From Kiritimatiellia bacterium (lineage in GTDB: Bacteria; Verrucomicrobiota; Kiritimatiellia; RFP12; UBA1067): a DNA stretch of 64,000 nucleotides. This document shows, in pieces, positions 8,132 to 23,556 of the stretch. Under the pieces are notes generated by a model. That model was not told the origin of the DNA, made no database searches, and saw only the letters and a program-made list of their open reading frames with translations. The position numbers were made by a program, and so were the translations under genes. The DNA lies in assembly GCA_017962315.1 (NCBI GenBank), contig JAGCVN010000023.1, forward strand, positions 11,738 through 75,737. The letters run 5' to 3'. Each line of letters starts with the position of its first letter. Within the stretch, counting starts at the first letter, position 1.

Positions 8132-11100
8132 ATGAAGCATCAGAGAGTATTACAGGTAGTCCACGCCGCCGTCGCAATGTTTGCAATGTGTACGATGGCT
8201 CTTAGTGAAGTCGCGATGCCGCGAATCATGTCGCATCGCGGCGAGTCGAACGACCGCCCCGAAAACACCCTGGCGGCGTTCCGCCTCGCGTTCGATCGCG
8301 GCGTCGATGGCGTGGAGTGCGATGTCTATTGTACCTCCGACGGCGTGCCGGTGATCATCCACGATTCGACGACCGGCCGCACCGCCGGTTCCGGAACGAA
8401 CCTCACCGTCACCGCTTCCACGTGGGACGAGCTCAAGGACGTGCGTGTGGGCGCGTTCGGAAAGTGGATCGGCACGGAATGGGAAGGCGAGACAATCCCG
8501 AAGCTCGAGGACTACCTTGCGCTCCTCTCCCTCAACTCCACGACGCGCTGCATCATCGAGCTGAAGGGCAACGGCGCGAACAGCCTCGTTCAGAACGTCG
8601 TCGCCGCCGTTCAGGCGCAGCCGCTCGCGACGGCAGACCGCGTGGTGTTCATCGGGTTCGACACATCTCTCATCAGTGCCCTGCGCACCGCACTCCCGAC
8701 CTACCCGGCGTGGCTGCTCCTCAACAGCGGCACCTACACGGGCGCAGGGTTGATTTCCCAAATCGAAGCCTGCAACGCGACGGGCGTTGACGTCAACTAC
8801 CAGGCAACGTTCACCGCCGAGGACGTCGCCGCCGTGAAGGCGGCTGGCTATGCGTTCGCGGTGTGGACGTGCGACAACGACAACACGGCGCTCACGCTTG
8901 CCCAGAAGGGCGTTGACGAGATCACCACCAACCGTGGCGGCGCGATGAAGACGAACCTCGCCGCGCTGATTGCCGAGGCGAATGGCCGCGAAGAAATTGC
9001 AGATTCGCGTTTCCCGTCCGGCGCCACGCTCATGGAGCCGAGCGCGTACGCGAAGCAGTCGAACCTTGTCGGCCACTTCGACGGCATCCGCAACGCGGGC
9101 GCGGACCTCCCGCACGATCCGGCGACCCGCACGTGGAAGAACCTCGCAAGCGGATATCCCGATGCGAAGTTCTATTATTGCAGCGCCGAATCCTCGGACG
9201 GATACTGGAACGCCGCCGGCAACGGCTTCTTCTTCGACGGCAAGGAGGCCGCGGCTCTTGTCTCTCCGGGCATTGACATAGGCAAGACATTCACTTTCCA
9301 GCTCGTCACGGACATCGACCTCACGAAGCAACACACGAAGAACACAACCGGCTCGGCCGGGTACAAGGGCCAATACCCGACGTATCTCACCTCCAACACG
9401 GCCGACAACGGATTTTACTCCAACAACAGTGGCAGCACCACGTCCAAGACGCTTATCTTCAAGCAGAACGACGGTACGGCGGGATGGGTGTCCGCCAGCA
9501 CGCGTCCGAGCATCGCGACATGGGGCGGAAAGTATGCAACGGGCATTGTCGGAACCGGCATGTCGTACCTCTTTGAGGGCACTGCACTTGCAAACGGGCA
9601 GACGTGTTCGAACAACAAGTCCATTGGCGCAAGGCCATACTCATGGGCCGGCAATTCCTCATCCAATGACCGTTTCATCTACGGCACGTACCATGCCGTG
9701 AGAATGTACAATGCCGTGCTCACGGAGGACGACGTTGCCTGGAACCGCGTCGTCGATGAGGTGCGCTTCCGCGGTGTCGTGACGAACGGCACGGTCTTCG
9801 TCGCGTCCAACCGCATTGGCGCGGAGGGAACGGAGACGAGCGGACAGTACTACGTGAACGGCAGCCACACGTTCACCGCCCCCACGTCCGTGACGATCGA
9901 CGGCTGCGTTTATACGAACGCGGGCTACAAGCTTGAATACTACAACCTGACACAGAAGAGGTGGGTTTTTGACAGCGTCGTCGATTCAGCCTCCTTCTCC
10001 TACACGAACTGCGTGGCGAACACGGGCGCGCGCATCACGTGGAACTGGCGCCTTGCAAGCGGCGTGAAGAAGATCGACGCCGACGACTACGTCTCTGGCG
10101 GCCTCCGCCTCCACTTCGACGGCATCCGCAACGCGGGCTTCGGCGTCGCGCACGACTCCTCCGCGACGACGTGGAAGAACCTCGGCGACGGCTCCGACGC
10201 CGTGCTGACGGAGGTTTCGGCTGAAAGGGGCATGGGCTCCTGGGCCGCGAACGGCTACGACTTTACGGGAGGCAGCTGCTTCGAGACGCTTTCGGAGCTG
10301 ACGCTCACCCATCAGGCCACGATCCAGTTCGCCGTCGAATACAACGCCTCGCGGCAGATTGTCCGCTGGCCAAGCTTCTTCAGCGCCAAGCTCGACAGTG
10401 ACCGCTTCCTCGCCTACACCTACACGCCTCTCGCGGGAACGGGGACTGACAATCGCGGCGACCATCTGCGGTTCAACTCTTCTCCCATCACCGATTTGTC
10501 TTTCGGCCTTCAGCCATGGGACGGTCGCCTTGTCACGCAAATCATCGACTACAACCGCGCCAGCAACTCGGACACGGCGAACTATGGCTGGCAGACCGGC
10601 AGGTACAAGGCGGACGTCGGCACGTACAAGTATGGCATCGGCGCGGGGCGCGGCTCAGCAAGCCACAGGTTGGATCGCGCGTACCTAGGCGTTTACCACG
10701 CCTTCCGCCTCTACGACCGCGTGCTGACGGAGGCGGAGATTGCGCATAACCTTGAAATCGACAACATGCGCTACTACGCCGGTGCGTCCCGCTCCACCGA
10801 AGTTAATCTTGTGGAGGTCGCGGTCGAGTCGCCCGGCGGCGTGGTGTCGGTTGACGAGAAGGGTTGCTGGATTCTGCGCGGCGACGGCGCAAGCAAATCC
10901 TTCACCGCACCCGCAACCGTCACCGTGGGCAACAACACCTACTCCTGCACGGGCTACCGCATCGAGACCTGGAACGCCACGAAGCGGATGTGGGAAAGCC
11001 CCGTGGAAACGGCATCAACCACGATGGCTGAACTGATTTCAGCCAATGCCAACCGCCGTCTCACCTGGCTCTACGCCCTCACGAGCGGTATCCGCTCTGC

Positions 11101-14038
11101 CGCCGACTACGACGTGGGCGACTACGTGCAGAAGGGCCTCGTGGCCAACTACGACGGCATCCGCAACCTCGGCTCCGCGCGGTCGCACGGCACCCTGTCG
11201 CAGTACTGGCACGATTCCTCGTACCGCGACGTGTCGATGCTCGCCGCCTCCAACACGGCGTTCAACGCCTGGATCGCCTTCGGACATCACTTCAATGTTG
11301 CGGAAGATAGTTTCTTTGCGATGACGGAGCCAATCTCCCTTGGGCAGAACTCCACGATTCAGGCCGTACTTGACGCGCCGGCATCGCAGCAGACCAAGAA
11401 CTTTCCCCTTTACATAGGTTTTGGCGATGCCGACAACAGCATCTTCACGAGAGGTAAGGGCGTGAAGTTGGAGCAGAAGCTCGACACGTGGCTTGGGCCG
11501 CGAACGTATTGCGACAACTGGACCGGAAAGTACTTCACCCATATCGTCACTCCGTCGCACTCCTATCTTTTCGAAGGTGTCGAATATGCCAACGAGACTG
11601 CGCGCAATAAGTATCTTGATCTTCCCAACAACAAGTTTTCAATCGGTGCGCCTAACACATACACAAATGGCGAGCGTACTAAACGCGCCATGAACGGCGA
11701 CTACTACGCGCTGCGCATCTACAATCGCGTACTCACCGAGGCGGAGATTGCGCACAACAGGACGGTTGATGAAATCCGCTACCGCAGCACCTTCACGAAC
11801 GCGAACGTGACGGTGGTGTGCGAAGTGCCGTTCGAGGGCGTGGAGGCGCCCGTCTCGATGCCGGCGGGCGACTACGAGGTGACGGGGTCGTTCACGTTCA
11901 CGGCGAGCGGCCTCACGGTCGGCGGATCGACGTTCCCGGTGCGCTACACGGTGGAGACGTGGAACGGCAGCGCGTGGGGCGAGCCGGTTGAATACGAGGG
12001 CGGCAGCTACGCCTACACGGCGGGCGCGAAAGTGCGCCTGACGTGGAAGTGGTCTGATCCGACGATTCCCGTCAAGGCGACGTGGACGGGCGCGGGCGAC
12101 GTGAACAACCTGCTCGACCCCGCGAACTGGAGCTGCGTGAACGCGCTGGGCGAGACCATCGTCGCCGCTCCGGGCGAACACACCTCCGTCACGATCTGCG
12201 GCACGACGGCGTTCACCATCCCGGAGGGCGTCACGACGTTCCCGTGGAAGGACATCCGCTTCGCGGACCCGAACGCCCACGCCGCCACGCGTCTGGGGTC
12301 TCTCGCGCTGTCCTCCAATGCCGGGTTCTCGCAGATGGGTGCTGGGCACTTCACGCTGAAACCAGCTTCGGACGCCAACCTCTCGAATCTGAACGGCGGC
12401 AACGATGCCGGTCCGAACGCGGCCTGGCAGACGAGCTACATCAAGGCGAAGCGCGCCCGCTTCGACGGCTGGATCAACGTGTCCGCCGCGCAGGCCGGCA
12501 CGTGGGACATCCGTCAGGGCTTCGACGACTACTTCGGCTTCGCCATCGACGGCGAATGGCTGATCGTCAACAACACCTACGTTTACAACGGCAGCGCGAC
12601 GGTGGACGTTTCCGAGGGCTGGCACCGATTCTCGATCGTCTGCGGCGACACAGGCGGCGGCTATGGCTCGACGGACACCTGCAGCATCCTCGTGAACGGT
12701 ACGCACGTGCCGCTCGCGATCACGGCGGGCGGAAACATCATTTCGTTCACAAGCGGCGGACTTGCGTTCGGTTCCGGCAATCCCGGCACGATCACGCTCT
12801 CCGGCGACTGCGACTGGAGTGCGCTTGGAAACGCGCTCGTCGCGGACGGCACGACGATCGACCTGAACGGACACAACCTTGACCTCGCGTCGATCTCGTC
12901 CGACTATGTCGGCACCATGATCACCAACTCGAACGACGCGGTGCAGTCCATTGTCACGTTCACCGCACCCGACGGCACTTCGATCACGAACGGTGTCGCC
13001 ATCTGCGGCAACGTCAAAGTGGTGAAGAAGGGCGGCGGCACGTACTGCGCCTACGGAGCGGGAAGCACCTACTCCGGCGGTACGTTCATCGACGAGGGCA
13101 AGGCGCAGCCGCCGGACGGCAACGGCACGGACATCCAGTATTGCTGGGACCAGTTCAAGGCGTTCGGCACGAACGAGATCTATGTGGCCACGAACGCGGT
13201 GTTCGACTTGCGCGCCAACTACGCCTACAGAAGCTGGATCGTCCTCGACGGCGGCTCCCTCGTGAACACGAAGGCCGACATGACGACTACCGGCAACGGC
13301 GGCTCCGGCATCGGGCGGCTGACGGCGGACTCCTACCTTGGCGTCACCAACAGCATCGTGTTCGGCGACAACAACGCGGCGAAGGGCGACACGCTCGACC
13401 TTGGCGGGAACACGCTCAGCGTGTGGATTGGCACGGGCGGCAAGTATCTCTATCTGCGCTGCGCGAAGATCGAGAACGGCAAGATCGACATCACGGCAGG
13501 CGGCTGGCTGCAGGTGGTCAACGCCTGTGTCGCCACGAACGTCGATTTCAAGGTGAACTGTGCGCTCAACATGGGCAATACGCTGAGCGTGCGCGACTAC
13601 GAGGCGGTTTGGACGTCCAGCAACACGACGCACAACCAAGGCACGGCGGCATTGAACGTCTTTGGCACGTTCACGCCGAGTGCGAGCCATGACCGTTTCT
13701 ACGGCTGCACGATGCAGGACGGCTCGACCATCGACCTCTCCGGCAGGACGGGCGCGTTCAGCACGCTTTCGACCTTCACGACCGGTTCGACGAACATCCA
13801 GTTCGCGGCGGGCGCGAACGTGACGGTCAACCTTGCCGGACGCGAAGACCTGAAGACGCTTGTCAAGTCCGAGACGCCGTACGTCATGACGTGGCCGGAG
13901 GGCCTCGGACCGGCGGCGAATGTGACGTTCAAGGTCGATGCCGAGACGAAGCGGATGGGGCTCAAGGTTGTCCGCGATGACGAAACGAACGGGGTGAGGT
14001 TGACTTACCAGCAAGGCTTTATGTTCATCCTCCGTTAA
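8132..14038 (+). CDS. Giant secreted or surface protein: GDPD phosphodiesterase domain, 3 LamG-like/Ig-like modules, a PA14-like domain and autotransporter-associated beta-strand (PATR) repeats
   Basis: The ORF is open from 7982. The likely start is ATG 8132 (AAAGGAAAAGCAAATG, then signal-like MKHQRVLQVVHAAVAMFAMCTMALS) or ATG 8111. GDPD motifs: SHRGESNDRPENTLAAF, ECDVYCTSDGVPVIIHD. Three modules of 345-346 codons each begin with (F/Y)DGIRN(A/L)G and end with Y(H/Y)A(V/F/L)R(M/L/I)Y(N/D)(A/R)VLTE(D/A)(D/E)(V/I)A(W/H)N. PA14-like: FDGWINVSAAQAGTWDIRQGFDDYFGFAIDGEW...GWHRFSIVCGDTGGGYG. PATR-like: VKKGGGTYCAYGAGSTYSGGTFIDEGK. Confidence 0.85.
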   Translation: MKHQRVLQVVHAAVAMFAMCTMALSEVAMPRIMSHRGESNDRPENTLAAFRLAFDRGVDGVECDVYCTSDGVPVIIHDSTTGRTAGSGTNLTVTASTWDELKDVRVGAFGKWIGTEWEGETIPKLEDYLALLSLNSTTRCIIELKGNGANSLVQNVVAAVQAQPLATADRVVFIGFDTSLISALRTALPTYPAWLLLNSGTYTGAGLISQIEACNATGVDVNYQATFTAEDVAAVKAAGYAFAVWTCDNDNTALTLAQKGVDEITTNRGGAMKTNLAALIAEANGREEIADSRFPSGATLMEPSAYAKQSNLVGHFDGIRNAGADLPHDPATRTWKNLASGYPDAKFYYCSAESSDGYWNAAGNGFFFDGKEAAALVSPGIDIGKTFTFQLVTDIDLTKQHTKNTTGSAGYKGQYPTYLTSNTADNGFYSNNSGSTTSKTLIFKQNDGTAGWVSASTRPSIATWGGKYATGIVGTGMSYLFEGTALANGQTCSNNKSIGARPYSWAGNSSSNDRFIYGTYHAVRMYNAVLTEDDVAWNRVVDEVRFRGVVTNGTVFVASNRIGAEGTETSGQYYVNGSHTFTAPTSVTIDGCVYTNAGYKLEYYNLTQKRWVFDSVVDSASFSYTNCVANTGARITWNWRLASGVKKIDADDYVSGGLRLHFDGIRNAGFGVAHDSSATTWKNLGDGSDAVLTEVSAERGMGSWAANGYDFTGGSCFETLSELTLTHQATIQFAVEYNASRQIVRWPSFFSAKLDSDRFLAYTYTPLAGTGTDNRGDHLRFNSSPITDLSFGLQPWDGRLVTQIIDYNRASNSDTANYGWQTGRYKADVGTYKYGIGAGRGSASHRLDRAYLGVYHAFRLYDRVLTEAEIAHNLEIDNMRYYAGASRSTEVNLVEVAVESPGGVVSVDEKGCWILRGDGASKSFTAPATVTVGNNTYSCTGYRIETWNATKRMWESPVETASTTMAELISANANRRLTWLYALTSGIRSAADYDVGDYVQKGLVANYDGIRNLGSARSHGTLSQYWHDSSYRDVSMLAASNTAFNAWIAFGHHFNVAEDSFFAMTEPISLGQNSTIQAVLDAPASQQTKNFPLYIGFGDADNSIFTRGKGVKLEQKLDTWLGPRTYCDNWTGKYFTHIVTPSHSYLFEGVEYANETARNKYLDLPNNKFSIGAPNTYTNGERTKRAMNGDYYALRIYNRVLTEAEIAHNRTVDEIRYRSTFTNANVTVVCEVPFEGVEAPVSMPAGDYEVTGSFTFTASGLTVGGSTFPVRYTVETWNGSAWGEPVEYEGGSYAYTAGAKVRLTWKWSDPTIPVKATWTGAGDVNNLLDPANWSCVNALGETIVAAPGEHTSVTICGTTAFTIPEGVTTFPWKDIRFADPNAHAATRLGSLALSSNAGFSQMGAGHFTLKPASDANLSNLNGGNDAGPNAAWQTSYIKAKRARFDGWINVSAAQAGTWDIRQGFDDYFGFAIDGEWLIVNNTYVYNGSATVDVSEGWHRFSIVCGDTGGGYGSTDTCSILVNGTHVPLAITAGGNIISFTSGGLAFGSGNPGTITLSGDCDWSALGNALVADGTTIDLNGHNLDLASISSDYVGTMITNSNDAVQSIVTFTAPDGTSITNGVAICGNVKVVKKGGGTYCAYGAGSTYSGGTFIDEGKAQPPDGNGTDIQYCWDQFKAFGTNEIYVATNAVFDLRANYAYRSWIVLDGGSLVNTKADMTTTGNGGSGIGRLTADSYLGVTNSIVFGDNNAAKGDTLDLGGNTLSVWIGTGGKYLYLRCAKIENGKIDITAGGWLQVVNACVATNVDFKVNCALNMGNTLSVRDYEAVWTSSNTTHNQGTAALNVFGTFTPSASHDRFYGCTMQDGSTIDLSGRTGAFSTLSTFTTGSTNIQFAAGANVTVNLAGREDLKTLVKSETPYVMTWPEGLGPAANVTFKVDAETKRMGLKVVRDDETNGVRLTYQQGFMFILR

Positions 14039-14061
14039 CAGGTTCTTGGTATTCGTTACGT

Positions 14062-17000
14062 ATGCGCAACATCATTTTTCCGGGAATTGTCCTTATTTCC
14101 GCCTTTTGTTACGAGATCTCCTCCGCAGTCGCCGTCCCTTTTCCGGCAGTTTCGCTGGAGAAAGGGTTCGTGTCGCCGCCTGCTTCGGCGAGGCCGCATG
14201 TCTATTACATGATCATGAACGGCAATATGTCGAAGGCGTGCATCACCGACGACTTCGAGGCGATGGCGAAGACCGGCATCGGCGGCGTGCTGGTACTTGA
14301 CGTAGGATGTTTCATTCCGGCGGGACCGGTGGTGTTCGCCTCGCCCGAATGGTACGACATCATGCTCCATCTCCACAAGGAGTCGAAACGTCTGGGGATC
14401 GAGGTGACGTTCCCGAACTGCGCGGGATGGTCGAGTTCTGGCGGTCCATGGCTCAAGCCGGAGCATGGGATGAAGACGGTCGTGTTTACCGAGACGCATA
14501 CAACGGGTTCGCAACGCTTCTCCGGCGTCCTGCCGCGCACGAAGAAGGACAACGGGTTCTACGAGGACATCGCGGTGCTCGCCTATCCGACGCCCGCGAA
14601 GGGCGCAGCACTCACCAACCTGAAGGCTAAGATCGGCGCCGACCGCCAGATATTCAAGCGTGATAAGACGGAGTTTGCACCTGAGCAGATGGTCGCAAAG
14701 GAGCGTATCGTCGATTTGACGGGGAAGATGTCGCCGGACGGCAAGCTGGAGTGGGACGTCCCCGCCGGAAACTGGACGATCCTGCGTATCGGTTACGCCT
14801 GCAACGGACGCCGCAACCACCCTGCCTCGAACGGAGGTTGCGGACTTGAGGTTGACAAGCTCTCCGCCGCCGCGATGGACGCCCATTTCGAGGGACTCAT
14901 CGGACCTCTCTGCCGTCACCTCGGCGTGTCTGCCGCGACAGATAACACGACGGGGTTCACCGCCGCGCACATCGACAGCTACGAGGTCGGGTGCCAGAAC
15001 TGGACGCAGGGCCTCGACAAGACGTTCGAGCAGCGGATGGGGTATTCGATCCGCCCGTACCTGCCCGTTCTCGCCGGATACATCGTCGGCTCCGTCGACG
15101 AGAGCGAGAGCTTCCTTGAGGACTTCCGTCGCCTGCTTGCCGACCTCTTCGCCGAAAACTACGCCGGACGCTTCACGGAACTGTGCCACAAGTACGGTCT
15201 GAAGAGTTCGCTCGAACCCTACGGCAACAGCAACGCGGACAACCTCCAGTACGGACAGTCCATCGATGCGCCGATGACCGAGTTCTGGAGCAGCGTCAAG
15301 TACGGCAACCACCATGTGGGCGGCACAGGCAACACCATCGCCGCGTGTCTGGCGCACGTGTGGGGCCGGCGCTACGCCGGGGCGGAGGCGTTCACCGCGG
15401 GTCCGCAAGCCGGCGGGTGCTGGCTCACGACGCCGTTCTCCATCAAGGCGCAGGGCGACCGCGTGTTCGCCGCCGGCGTGAACCGCATCGTCTATCACCG
15501 CTACGCCTGCCAGCCGTGGCCGGGTAACAAATACCTTCCCGCCATGACGATGGGACGGTGGGGAATTCACCTCGAACGCACACAGACGTGGTGGCCGCTC
15601 GCATCCGACTGGTTCCGCTACCAGAGCCGCTGCCAGTGGATGCTCCAGGAAGGACGCTTCGTCGCAGACGTCCTGTGCTGGTGCGGGGAGGAGGCACCCA
15701 ACGGCTCGCAGACGCGGATCAACCTGCCGAGGGTGAACGGCATCAAGTACGACCTCTGCGCGACGCGGGCGGTCGAACTGCTAAACGTGCGCAACGGCAA
15801 GGTCGTAGTGCCGGGCGGCGTGGAATACGAGATGCTGGTTCTGCCGAACACGGATACGATGAGCGAGAAGATGGTGAAGAGGATCGGCGAGTTGCTGGAT
15901 GCCGGCGCGAAGGTCGTCGCGCAGAGGAGGCCAATCCGTTCACCGGGGTTGCGGCAACCGCAAGACTACCGCGCCCTTGTCGATTCCGTCTGGACGAAGG
16001 GCGTGATGGAGTGCGATGTCACGAATGCTCTGGCGCGTCTGGGCGTGAAGCCCGATTTCCTCACGGAGGCGGAGGACGTGACGTGGATCCACAGAACGGG
16101 CGATGGGGCCGACTGGTATTTCGTCGCGCAAGACAACGAGGTCGATTCAACGTTCGAGGCGTCATTCCGCGTGACCGGGCGGACTCCCGAAATCTGGGAC
16201 GCCGTCACAGGCGCGAGGCGTCCGGCGGAAGTCTGGCGTACGGAGGACGGGCGTACCTACGTCACGTTCTCCTTCCCGCCGAGCGGATCGGCATTCGTCA
16301 TGTTCAGAGAGACGAAATCCACGAAGCATTTGGTGAAAGCGGATGTAAGCGTGGCGAAGCCGGACACGAAGGCGGAAGTTCCCGAACACAAGCACACGCT
16401 GGTGATCAAAAAAGCGGAATACGGTCTTTTCCCCGGCATGGAGGTTCCGCCCGGCGGGATCACCGACAAGCACAGGATTGACGTGACGAAAAGCCTGGCC
16501 GGTCTTGTCAAGGATGGAACGATCAACGTTAATGTGGGAATCGGACTCTTTAGGCGCGATCCGGCCTTCCGGTTCCACAAGATCACGCGCATCACGTACG
16601 AATACGATGGCGAGGCGCATACGGTCGATTGCGGCGAAGAGGTACGGTTCAAGGTGCCCAACGACGTGGTGTTCATGGCGCCAGAATGGGAATGGCGCGA
16701 CGGCAAGGTGCTGGCGTGGCAGCCGCTCACGGCAAAACTGCGAGACTCCGATGGAGGCGAGCGCACGGTTTCCGCAACCCCGGCAGAAGCGACCGAGATA
16801 ACGGGCGCATGGGACGTGTCCTTCCCGCAGGGATGGGGCGCGCCCGCGCAGGCCGTGTTTCCGAAGCTCGTGCCGTGGAACGAAAGCCGCGATTCGGGAA
16901 TCAAGTACTTCTCCGGCACGGCGACGTACAGGAAGAGTGTAAAATGGAAAATGGAAAGTGTAAAATGTGACGTCGAAAATTGCACATCGCATGTCGGATG

Positions 17001-17451
17001 TCGTGAGCCGGATGTCGTCTCACGGCCACCCAATCAGCGCATCATGCTCGATCTCGGCGAGGTGAAAGAATTCGCGGAAGTCACGGTGAACGGAGTGAAG
17101 TTCCCTGTCTTGTGGAAGCCGCCGTTCCGCCTCGATATAACCGAGGCCGTGCGCACCGGGACAACGGGTGTCCTCGACCTCGAAATCAAGGTCACGAACC
17201 TCTGGCCCAACCGGCTCATCGGCGACGAGGTGCTTTGCAAGCCCGACCGCGAATGGATTGCCCTGTCGCGCCGGGGTTCGTTTGAATACCCCATCAAGGA
17301 GATTCCGCAGTGGGTCAAGGACGGCAAGCCCTCGCCGACCGGGCGCCGCACCTTCACCACGTGGCGGCACTGGACGAAGGACGACAAGCCCCTACCCTCC
17401 GGCCTGATCGGTCCCGTGATGATCCGTTTCGGCGAAACCGCCCGCGAGTAG
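14062..17451 (+). CDS. Large secreted glycoside hydrolase, GH106 (alpha-L-rhamnosidase)-like
   Basis: Signal peptide MRNIIFPGIVLISAFCYEISSA. N-terminal pattern FVSPPASARPHVYYMIMNGNMSKACITDDFEAMAKTGIGGV. C-terminal beta-sandwich pattern YFSGTATYRKS...LDLGEVKEFAEVTVNG...VTNLWPNRLIGDE...LPSGLIGPV, which I associate with this 'glycosyl hydrolase' family. The family number is from memory. Confidence 0.55.
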   Translation: MRNIIFPGIVLISAFCYEISSAVAVPFPAVSLEKGFVSPPASARPHVYYMIMNGNMSKACITDDFEAMAKTGIGGVLVLDVGCFIPAGPVVFASPEWYDIMLHLHKESKRLGIEVTFPNCAGWSSSGGPWLKPEHGMKTVVFTETHTTGSQRFSGVLPRTKKDNGFYEDIAVLAYPTPAKGAALTNLKAKIGADRQIFKRDKTEFAPEQMVAKERIVDLTGKMSPDGKLEWDVPAGNWTILRIGYACNGRRNHPASNGGCGLEVDKLSAAAMDAHFEGLIGPLCRHLGVSAATDNTTGFTAAHIDSYEVGCQNWTQGLDKTFEQRMGYSIRPYLPVLAGYIVGSVDESESFLEDFRRLLADLFAENYAGRFTELCHKYGLKSSLEPYGNSNADNLQYGQSIDAPMTEFWSSVKYGNHHVGGTGNTIAACLAHVWGRRYAGAEAFTAGPQAGGCWLTTPFSIKAQGDRVFAAGVNRIVYHRYACQPWPGNKYLPAMTMGRWGIHLERTQTWWPLASDWFRYQSRCQWMLQEGRFVADVLCWCGEEAPNGSQTRINLPRVNGIKYDLCATRAVELLNVRNGKVVVPGGVEYEMLVLPNTDTMSEKMVKRIGELLDAGAKVVAQRRPIRSPGLRQPQDYRALVDSVWTKGVMECDVTNALARLGVKPDFLTEAEDVTWIHRTGDGADWYFVAQDNEVDSTFEASFRVTGRTPEIWDAVTGARRPAEVWRTEDGRTYVTFSFPPSGSAFVMFRETKSTKHLVKADVSVAKPDTKAEVPEHKHTLVIKKAEYGLFPGMEVPPGGITDKHRIDVTKSLAGLVKDGTINVNVGIGLFRRDPAFRFHKITRITYEYDGEAHTVDCGEEVRFKVPNDVVFMAPEWEWRDGKVLAWQPLTAKLRDSDGGERTVSATPAEATEITGAWDVSFPQGWGAPAQAVFPKLVPWNESRDSGIKYFSGTATYRKSVKWKMESVKCDVENCTSHVGCREPDVVSRPPNQRIMLDLGEVKEFAEVTVNGVKFPVLWKPPFRLDITEAVRTGTTGVLDLEIKVTNLWPNRLIGDEVLCKPDREWIALSRRGSFEYPIKEIPQWVKDGKPSPTGRRTFTTWRHWTKDDKPLPSGLIGPVMIRFGETARE
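16936..17024 (+). other. AT-rich, internally repetitive in-frame segment inside the GH106-like CDS
   Basis: AGTGTAAAATG occurs twice (16936-16946 and 16957-16967). AAATGGAAAATGGAAA is present. ATGTCG-containing heptads follow at 16989-17017. A small hairpin CGTGAG-N11-CTCACG lies at 17002-17024. The segment encodes KWKMESVKCDVENCTSHVGCREPDVVS between the conserved YRKS and LDLGEV blocks. It is visibly much lower in GC than the surrounding gene. Confidence 0.6.
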
Positions 17452-17462
17452 GCGGTTTCGCC
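17431..17462 (+). terminator. 12-bp perfect inverted repeat spanning the GH106-like stop codon (possible terminator, no T tract)
   Basis: GGCGAAACCGCC (17431-17442), loop CGCGAGTA, GGCGGTTTCGCC (17451-17462). No U-run follows, so termination function is uncertain. Confidence 0.35.
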
Positions 17463-17526
17463 GGCTAGAACGCGCCGTCTGCGCGTCTGGTATCACATCC
17501 GCGGTTTTCTTCGCCACACTCCAGTC

Positions 17527-17555
17527 TTGTCATTCGGCTGGAAAGAGAGTATGCT
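17527..17555 (+). promoter_or_regulatory. Candidate sigma70 promoter for valS
   Basis: TTGTCA (17527-17532), 17-nt spacer, TATGCT (17550-17555), about 44 nt upstream of ATG 17599, which is preceded by AAGGAA. Confidence 0.4.
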
Positions 17556-17598
17556 GACGGGGTTTTGATTTTCCGCGAAGGAAAGAAGGAATCCCGTT

Positions 17599-23542
<5,944 letters not shown>

Positions 23543-23556
23543 CAGGTACGACGGAC

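Noticed and set aside
11639-14014. 791-aa ORF on the minus strand, antisense to the giant surface-protein gene. Similar long antisense ORFs are 14056-15570(-), 20492-22450(-), 43596-46238(+), 5409-7211(+), 52185-53615(+), 53771-54967(+), 39308-40645(+), 41209-42657(+), 26393-27787(+), 29499-30638(+), 882-1952(-), 8150-9373(-) and 47943-49142(-).
   Set aside because: These are typical GC-rich shadow ORFs. Their translations are Arg/Ala/Gly/Pro/His-rich low-complexity strings with no recognisable motifs. Each lies entirely opposite a gene whose product has clear family signatures.
17452-17598. A T-box, riboswitch or attenuator upstream of valS, and likewise upstream of cysS.
   Set aside because: The leader is short (~45 nt after the candidate -10) and I could not see a specifier-loop or antiterminator architecture. 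cysS has no leader at all because it overlaps ispF.
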